DNA of 64,000 nt from an uncultured candidate division WWE3 bacterium (lineage in GTDB: Bacteria; Patescibacteriota; WWE3; UBA101185; UBA10185): assembly GCA_903879985.1 (NCBI GenBank), contig CAIRNR010000007.1, positions 216,079 to 280,078 on the forward strand, given 5' to 3'. This document shows, piece by piece, positions 58,692 through 64,000 of the stretch. Position numbers and translations under genes: made by a program. Under the pieces are notes generated by a model. It had not been told where the DNA came from. It searched no databases and saw only the letters and a list, made by a program, of their open reading frames with translations. The first letter of the stretch is position 1. Every line of letters starts with the position of its first letter.

Positions 58692-58844
58692 CTGAATATT
58701 GTAGCATGCGTAATCTGGCTGGAACTAGGGTAAATGCTGTGAGATTTCTGAATATACGTTGATATAACAGTACTTATACTAATGTCCGCAATTTGACACT
58801 ACCTTGCTATTATGATAAATATAAAGGCGTCAGTATTTGTAATT

Positions 58845-58876
58845 CCCTATATATTTGTATAGGGATATTTTCTTTC
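58845..58876 (+). promoter_or_regulatory. Leader hairpin plus T-run in the greA 5' UTR (attenuator/terminator-like)
   Basis: 7-bp stem ccctata/tataggg with a 6-nt loop, followed by atattttctttc. It lies about 90 nt upstream of the greA ATG, downstream of the candidate promoter TTGACA at 58793. Confidence 0.3.
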
Positions 58877-58963
58877 AGAGGAACAGGAAACCTAATTTCT
58901 CAATCAATATCGTGGCGTTGCCCGTGGATTAAGTGATTATCGTTTTCTATTAATAGTAAAAAT

Positions 58964-59434
58964 ATGGATAAAGTAAATACTTTATATATAACAAAAGAAG
59001 GTTTAGAAAAGCTCAGAAGTGAGTTAAATGACCTAAATGTCGTAAGAAGACCTGAAATTGCTCAAAGAATTAAGGACGCTAGAGAAATGGGCGATATCTC
59101 CGAAAACTCCGAATACGATTCTGCAAAACAAGAACAATCTTACATTGAAGGTAGAATTGCCGAACTTGAAGAAGTTATTAAAACCGCTAAAGTCACAGAA
59201 GGTAATGGAAACAAAGAATTAGTGGGAATTGGCTGTAGAGTTACAGTTCACATTGATAATACAGTTGAAACATTTCATATAGTTGGTGCTCCAGAAGCCA
59301 ATCCTTTACAAATGAAGATCTCTCATGAATCACCTTTAGGTTCCGCACTTGTCGGAAAAAAACTCGGTGACAAAATTGAGGTTGATGCTCCAGTTGGAAA
59401 ATTAATATACACAATCCAAAAGATTGAATATTAA
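58964..59434 (+). CDS. greA: Transcription elongation factor GreA
   Basis: N-terminal coiled coil carrying the acidic tip (EGLEKLRSELNDL...GDISENSEYDSAKQEQ) and a C-terminal FKBP-like domain. Confidence 0.93.
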   Translation: MDKVNTLYITKEGLEKLRSELNDLNVVRRPEIAQRIKDAREMGDISENSEYDSAKQEQSYIEGRIAELEEVIKTAKVTEGNGNKELVGIGCRVTVHIDNTVETFHIVGAPEANPLQMKISHESPLGSALVGKKLGDKIEVDAPVGKLIYTIQKIEY

Positions 59435-59457
59435 TACCAATAAAGTAAAATAGCTTC

Positions 59458-61041
59458 ATGTATTGGCCAGAAACACTCTCAAAAGACATCCAAAATAAGC
59501 TTAGTGGACCTTATCATGTTGACGATATGAAAACGCCATCGGGACAGGTGCACATTGGTGCTCTTCGCGGTGTAATACTTCACGATGTTCTACATAAAGA
59601 GTTTTTAAAAGAAGGTCAAAAATCCGTTTACACATACATTTATAACGATATGGATCCTATGAAAAAGATTCCATCTGATCTTGTTGGCAAAGGTTACGAA
59701 GCCGATTTGGGTAAACCAATTTTTATGATGAAAGCTCCCGAAGGTACTAAGGATTACGCAAGATATTTTGCAGATATTTTTACCGGCGCATTTAACAAAA
59801 TGGGAGCAACACCAGAAATTTTATTTTCCTCCGAAATGTACAAGGCAGGAAAATTTAATGATGTCATTAAAGAAGCATTAGACAAAGTTGAAAACATTAG
59901 AAAAATTTACAGCGAAGTAGCCGGTTACGAAAAACCTGAAAACTGGTTTCCAGTTCAAGTTATTTGTCCAAAATGCGGCAAAGTAGGAACCACAATAGTA
60001 ACGGGTTGGAATGGAAAAGAAGTTGAATTTGAATGTCGCACAGACTTAGTAACATGGGCTCAAGGTTGTGCATACAAAGGTTCTATATCTCCGTTTGATG
60101 GTAATGCAAAACTTATGTGGAAAGTTGATTGGCCAGCTCACTGGAAAGTCCTTGGTGTTAACGTTGAAGGTGCAGGTAAAGATCACTCAAGCGCGGGTGG
60201 CTCACGAGATATGGCAACAGAACTTTGTAAACTTTTTGGAATTCAAGAACCCGCAGATATTCCTTACGAATGGTTTTTAACAAAGGAAGGCAGCAAAATG
60301 TCTACTTCCTCCGGCGTGGGAATGTACGCTAAAGATTTAGTTGAAGTATTACCTCCAGAGGTTGCCAGATTTTTGGTATTAAGAACAAACTACAACACAG
60401 CTATTCTATTTGAACCAGAGGGTGAAACTATTCCAGATTTGTACGACGAATTTGATAGATGCGCGACTAATTTTTACGCGGAAACTCCAGAAGACGCTGA
60501 CGCCGCTAAATATTTTGACGCCGCGATAATTAGGGATCAATTTAAACAGCATAACTTTTTACCACGATTCAGAACATTAAGTAGCTATATACAAATGCCT
60601 TCGATGGACATTCAAAAATGGGCAACGGACGAAAAAGGTTCGGAATTAACACAATTTGAAAAAGACATCCTAAACGAACGAATCGCTTACGCAAAAATCT
60701 GGCTAAACACATACGCTCCAGAAAAATATGTATTTATGTTCAAAACAGAAATTCCAGAAAACGCTACAAAATTAAGTGATGTCCAAAAAAACTTTTTAAA
60801 TAGTGTAACTAAATTAATTAACGAAAAATATATAAACTCCGAGCACACTGCCGACGAATTACAATTTGATATTTTTGAACTTACAAAAGTAGTGGGAATT
60901 CCTTCAAAGGAAGCCTTTAAAGCTATGTATACTTCTCTAATCGGAAAAGAACATGGCCCAAAAGCCGGATGGTTAATTAAAGATATCGGTTACGCAACTG
61001 TGAACGAAAGATTCGAAAAAATATGGAAAAACTCACTGTAG
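59458..61041 (+). CDS. lysK: Lysyl-tRNA synthetase, class I (archaeal-type LysK)
   Basis: Class I HIGH-like motif (VHIGALRG), a Zn-binding Cys cluster (CPKCGK...C...C), and KMSKS-like GSKMSTS. Confidence 0.9.
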   Translation: MYWPETLSKDIQNKLSGPYHVDDMKTPSGQVHIGALRGVILHDVLHKEFLKEGQKSVYTYIYNDMDPMKKIPSDLVGKGYEADLGKPIFMMKAPEGTKDYARYFADIFTGAFNKMGATPEILFSSEMYKAGKFNDVIKEALDKVENIRKIYSEVAGYEKPENWFPVQVICPKCGKVGTTIVTGWNGKEVEFECRTDLVTWAQGCAYKGSISPFDGNAKLMWKVDWPAHWKVLGVNVEGAGKDHSSAGGSRDMATELCKLFGIQEPADIPYEWFLTKEGSKMSTSSGVGMYAKDLVEVLPPEVARFLVLRTNYNTAILFEPEGETIPDLYDEFDRCATNFYAETPEDADAAKYFDAAIIRDQFKQHNFLPRFRTLSSYIQMPSMDIQKWATDEKGSELTQFEKDILNERIAYAKIWLNTYAPEKYVFMFKTEIPENATKLSDVQKNFLNSVTKLINEKYINSEHTADELQFDIFELTKVVGIPSKEAFKAMYTSLIGKEHGPKAGWLIKDIGYATVNERFEKIWKNSL

Positions 61042-61616
61042 AAAACGCCAATAAACTTCTAATTACTCATATGCAAAATCAAAATTTAAGAAGACACTGC
61101 TATGCGGTTGGAAAAACTTTGTCTGCATTTTACGATCTATACAAAAATCAAAACCGCGAAATAGGATCACTTTCTAAAGAACAATGGGAAACAATTGGAA
61201 TATTGCATGACGCTGATTGGGAAGAAACAAAGGATGTACCTGAGAAACACACTGTTTTAACTTTAGAATGGTTTAAAGAATATGACGTTCCTGAAGAAAT
61301 GGTTAATGTAATAAAATCTCACAACAATAAAATGACTCACCTGCGCGAACCCGAAACGTTATTAGAATGGACCTTGGAATGCGTTGACGAGCTTACAGGT
61401 TTTATCGTAGCCGTTACCTTAGTATTACCCTCAAAAAAGTTAGAAGATGTAAAACCCGAATCAGTGTTGAAAAAATTTAAACAAAAAGAGTTTGCAAAAG
61501 CTGTTGATCGATCTCAGATGGAACAATGTGAAGAGAAGATTCAGGTTGATATTAATACTTTGGTTGAAACAACGTTAAAAGCTATGCAAGAGAATCATGA
61601 GCTGTTAGGTCTTTAA
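61023..61616 (+). CDS. HD-domain phosphohydrolase
   Basis: H...HD motif (LRRHCYAVG...GILHDADW). Overlaps the lysK 3' end by 19 nt. Confidence 0.75.
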   Translation: MEKLTVENANKLLITHMQNQNLRRHCYAVGKTLSAFYDLYKNQNREIGSLSKEQWETIGILHDADWEETKDVPEKHTVLTLEWFKEYDVPEEMVNVIKSHNNKMTHLREPETLLEWTLECVDELTGFIVAVTLVLPSKKLEDVKPESVLKKFKQKEFAKAVDRSQMEQCEEKIQVDINTLVETTLKAMQENHELLGL

Positions 61617-61688
61617 TTTTTCCTTTTTACTACGTTCATAAAAAAACAATTCGGCAAGCCTCATGGTTTTTTATTCGCAGTAGCTCAT

Positions 61689-61728
61689 AAAAAACTAAGA
61701 GCGGCTTCCATATGGTCGAACCGCCCTT
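61689..61728 (-). terminator. Intrinsic terminator on the minus strand (aagggcgg/ccgctctt stem 7/8, 16-nt loop, aguuuuuua)
   Basis: The stem begins inside the stop codon of small ORF2 of the K-rich peptide locus. Confidence 0.5.
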
Positions 61729-61840
61729 AGCAACATTCAAAAGTCCAATTGTTACTCCCGAGCAGATGCGTGAGAGCAACCAAGCAACCAGAGAACAAAG
61801 TTACTTTCGAGCTAATGCGAGAAAGCAACGAAGTAATCAT
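61727..61840 (-). CDS. Candidate small ORF (37 aa, MITSLLSRISSKVTLFSGCLVALTHLLGSNNWTFECC), translationally coupled to the upstream K-rich peptide gene
   Basis: Its ATG lies 2 nt after the TAA of the K-rich gene (TAAcgATG). Its stop is embedded in the terminator stem. It is hydrophobic with 4 Cys. It could be a chance ORF. Confidence 0.25.
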   Translation of the reverse strand: MITSLLSRISSKVTLFSGCLVALTHLLGSNNWTFECC

Positions 61841-61842
61841 CG

Positions 61843-61938
61843 TTACTTTTTCTTAGCTTTTTTAGCGACTTTCTTTACTGTTTTCTTTACTACTTTTTTA
61901 GCGACTTTCTTTGCGACTTTCTTTTTCTTTACTACCAT
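61843..61938 (-). CDS. Small lysine-rich basic peptide (31 aa, MVVKKKKVAKKVAKKVVKKTVKKVAKKAKKK)
   Basis: A perfect SD AGGAGGTG lies 7 nt upstream of the ATG. A terminator lies downstream. The sequence is a periodic KK(V/A)(A/V)KK repeat. The gene was missed by the ORF track (under 60 aa). The competing plus-strand 76-aa ORF is its antisense, has low-complexity F/T-rich composition and has no RBS. Confidence 0.45.
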   Translation of the reverse strand: MVVKKKKVAKKVAKKVVKKTVKKVAKKAKKK

Positions 61939-61964
61939 CTAAATCACCTCCTAAAAAAATTTTA

Positions 61965-61993
61965 GGACTCCCCATAAAACTGAGTTAGTCCTA
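61965..61993 (-). promoter_or_regulatory. 5' leader hairpin plus U-run immediately upstream of the SD of the K-rich peptide gene (attenuator-like)
   Basis: The minus strand reads ggacuaacucaguuuuauggggagucc (6-bp stem aggact/agtcct), then uaaaauuuuuuu, then AGGAGGUG. No minus-strand gene lies upstream, since the region is divergent. Confidence 0.3.
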
Positions 61994-62095
61994 GTTTAGA
62001 ATATTCGAGCAGAAATAAAAACGTTTAATATTCATTTGTATGTTAATTACACAAATATTCTGACAATTTGTCAATAATTTTGATATTATTTATAT

Positions 62096-63334
62096 ATGAA
62101 TGAACCAAAAGTTAACAAAAATTTTATAGATGATACAAAAATTCCAATAGAAGAAAAAGAAAAAGTAATTAAACGTAAGAAAGTTTTATTCACTATAACC
62201 TCGTGGATAGTGACGTTGTGTATAGTTATTCCTCTACTTGGTTTTGGATCTTATAAATTTTATGTTTCGTACATACGCAATGTAACCATCCCAATAATAA
62301 AACAAACACCAACGCCATCTCCAACAAAAAGCGGTGCAAATTCAGAACCAATTGTTTCAAATGAATATAGCAGCGATAATTTACGAGTAAATATTACCTA
62401 TTTAAGTGATGCAAAAGTTACCGACTCACCAGAAGTTAACGGACAATCCAGAACGCTTGTTGTACTTTATACAAAAGATGACACCAGCAAAGACACGTGG
62501 ACAGAAGATAATTTAGCAAACGGATATATTTTTAAAGTAACAACTTTTGATACACAAATAAGAGATTTGGATGAAATTGTTAATGTTAAATTAGCAAGTT
62601 ATACAGCCAATTGCGCGGCGACAGCAGTGTTTAGCAAAATAACCGATACAACAGTAAATTTCGAACCAGCTAAAACTTTTACAATTCAAAACTGTAATGG
62701 TGATTATGTAATAACGTATGTTTCAAAATTTAATACCAACTACGAAATTACACGCATATTTAGAGGTGATGTAGGTTATCGCCAACTATATCAAAGTAAT
62801 GCAAACGATATTTATAACAGCTTAACTTTTTATCCTGAGGGAGGACCTGTTGGACCAACGGAAACGTACACAAATACAGACTACGGATTTGCATTCGTAC
62901 ATCCTCATCTGGATTCAGCATGCTGTAACGTTCCAGCACCAACATTAAAAAATCCGGAAAAAATAATTTCTCTCGGAAATAAATACACCTACGTAGATAA
63001 AAATAATTTTGATGGAATAGGGTTCTATGCATTTAGACTTAACGACCAATATAATTTTCAGCAATATGTTACCAATAATAGAAAAGCTTTAACCGACGAT
63101 TACATGGTAGTTCGTGGCGTTCCACCAAAAGCACAAGATACTGAAATGAAAATTGGGGGTAAAAATGCAATTTTATTGCACGGATATTCTTGGCAAGGAA
63201 ACGACTTAATATTTGTGGATGTGGAAAAAGATTTCGGAAAATCATATGCGTTAATAATTTCAATAAAAAATACTTCTGGAGATGCCTTCCAAAAAACTAT
63301 AGATGATCTGTTGAAGTCATTTAAGTTTAATTAA
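62096..63334 (+). CDS. Hypothetical membrane-anchored extracytoplasmic protein (412 aa)
   Basis: One N-terminal TM, then a Thr/Asn-rich domain with 4 Cys (CAAT...CNG...ACC). No known family. Confidence 0.5.
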   Translation: MNEPKVNKNFIDDTKIPIEEKEKVIKRKKVLFTITSWIVTLCIVIPLLGFGSYKFYVSYIRNVTIPIIKQTPTPSPTKSGANSEPIVSNEYSSDNLRVNITYLSDAKVTDSPEVNGQSRTLVVLYTKDDTSKDTWTEDNLANGYIFKVTTFDTQIRDLDEIVNVKLASYTANCAATAVFSKITDTTVNFEPAKTFTIQNCNGDYVITYVSKFNTNYEITRIFRGDVGYRQLYQSNANDIYNSLTFYPEGGPVGPTETYTNTDYGFAFVHPHLDSACCNVPAPTLKNPEKIISLGNKYTYVDKNNFDGIGFYAFRLNDQYNFQQYVTNNRKALTDDYMVVRGVPPKAQDTEMKIGGKNAILLHGYSWQGNDLIFVDVEKDFGKSYALIISIKNTSGDAFQKTIDDLLKSFKFN

Positions 63335-63335
63335 T

Positions 63336-64000
63336 ATGCCACTAAAGATATACGACAAAAAACTTGATTATTCTTACACGTACGGTGTCTTCCCAACGCT
63401 AGACTTGTTTAAGTTCAAACGAGATAAAATCGTGAGAATTATTCTAAATACAGAAGGCATCCGCAACGAAGGTTACCACGTGCTCGAAGAAGTATGTAAA
63501 GAAAAAGGTGTGCCTCTTGATTACGATAACAAGTTTATTAAAAGTATTTCAGCTAAAGACAACACTTACGCCGTAGGCATGTTTCGCAAATACGAAACTA
63601 AGTTGGCCGAAAATGAAAACCACGTGGTTTTAGTAAATCCAAGCAACACAGGAAACCTAGGCACAATAATTAGAACCATGGTTGGTTTTGGATATCATAA
63701 CCTGGCCATAATAAAGCCGGCCGTGGATATATTTGAACCAAAAGTTGTTAGATCCTCAATGGGAAGTTTCTTCAACTTAAACTTTGAATACTTTGATACT
63801 TTTGAGGAATATCAAACCAGATTCAGTAACAAGCCATACACATTTATGCTTGATGGGGCGACAGAAATTAATGAAGTGAAATTTGAAAAACCTTTCGCTC
63901 TTGTTTTTGGTAACGAAAGCCAAGGGCTAGAGGCTAAATATCAAAAGGTCGGCCAAAGTGTGTACATTAAGCATAATGATGAAATTGATTCTTTGAATTT
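63336..64000 (+). CDS. SpoU/TrmH-family RNA 2'-O-methyltransferase (C-terminus beyond the window end)
   Basis: SPOUT motifs VLVNPSNTGNLGTIIRT and LVFGNESQGL. Starts at the ATG 1 nt after the preceding stop. Confidence 0.85.
   Translation, partial: MPLKIYDKKLDYSYTYGVFPTLDLFKFKRDKIVRIILNTEGIRNEGYHVLEEVCKEKGVPLDYDNKFIKSISAKDNTYAVGMFRKYETKLAENENHVVLVNPSNTGNLGTIIRTMVGFGYHNLAIIKPAVDIFEPKVVRSSMGSFFNLNFEYFDTFEEYQTRFSNKPYTFMLDGATEINEVKFEKPFALVFGNESQGLEAKYQKVGQSVYIKHNDEIDSLN

Noticed and set aside
61712-61942. 76-aa plus-strand ORF MVEPPLATFKSPI...FFLAFLATFFTVFF
   Set aside because: Its C-terminal half is the antisense of the KKVAKK repeat and so is F/T-rich low complexity. It has no SD. The opposite strand has a perfect SD, a coupled ORF and a terminator in the right orientation.
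1-64000. CRISPR arrays, tRNA or rRNA genes, transposases or integrases
   Set aside because: No direct-repeat/spacer arrays were seen. No intergenic region longer than 100 nt showed tRNA-like GTTCRANYC T-loop signatures. No recognisable IS or integrase ORFs were found. The recurrent 19-mer occurs only twice and is promoter-associated, so it is not repeat-array-like.

Overview
The window is a low-GC bacterial chromosomal segment, roughly 36-40% GC by eye. It is densely packed with housekeeping genes on both strands and uses the standard genetic code (an intact RF2 is present, and stops are TAA/TAG). Recognisable genes are rpoC (partial) and rpoB, lepB, secA, uppP, serS, a contiguous infA-rpmJ-rpsM-rpsK-rpsD-rpoA-rplQ-rplM-rpsI ribosomal operon, a Clp/Hsp100 ATPase, prfB, ftsK, rnj, a family-4 UDG, pnp, rpsO, infB, nusA, a DnaJ-like chaperone, hup, ymdB-rny, recX-recA, gltX, a DacA-like D,D-carboxypeptidase, aspS, recJ, secDF, pepF, greA, class-I lysK, an HD hydrolase and a SpoU methylase (partial). 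Several traits point to a reduced-genome lineage, possibly CPR/Patescibacteria-like: a short IF2, a DnaJ without a zinc finger, class-I LysRS, no rplKAJL upstream of rpoB, a Lon reduced to its AAA+ module, and many membrane-anchored hypothetical proteins. I found no rRNA, tRNA, CRISPR array or transposase. The parts that look accessory or unexplained are listed below.
- A two-gene insertion (34227-35804) sits inside the otherwise conserved nusA-infB-//-rpsO-pnp cluster. Each gene has its own terminator, and one has a sigma70-like promoter with a 23-bp perfect palindromic operator.
- A divergent pair of small unknown genes (39903-40814) has strong promoters and terminators.
- A 31-aa lysine-rich peptide gene (61843-61938), missed by the ORF track, has a perfect SD, a 5' leader hairpin with a U-run, a tightly coupled second small ORF and a terminator.
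- A 19-nt identical lambda-operator-like dyad lies exactly 13 nt upstream of the start codons of both dnaJ and gltX.
- An extended -10 box lies 6-9 nt upstream of many ATG codons with no SD, which suggests leaderless mRNAs.
- A SipW-type signal peptidase is paired with a TasA/camelysin-like secreted protein.
- A Clp ATPase carries an N-terminal three-helix membrane domain.
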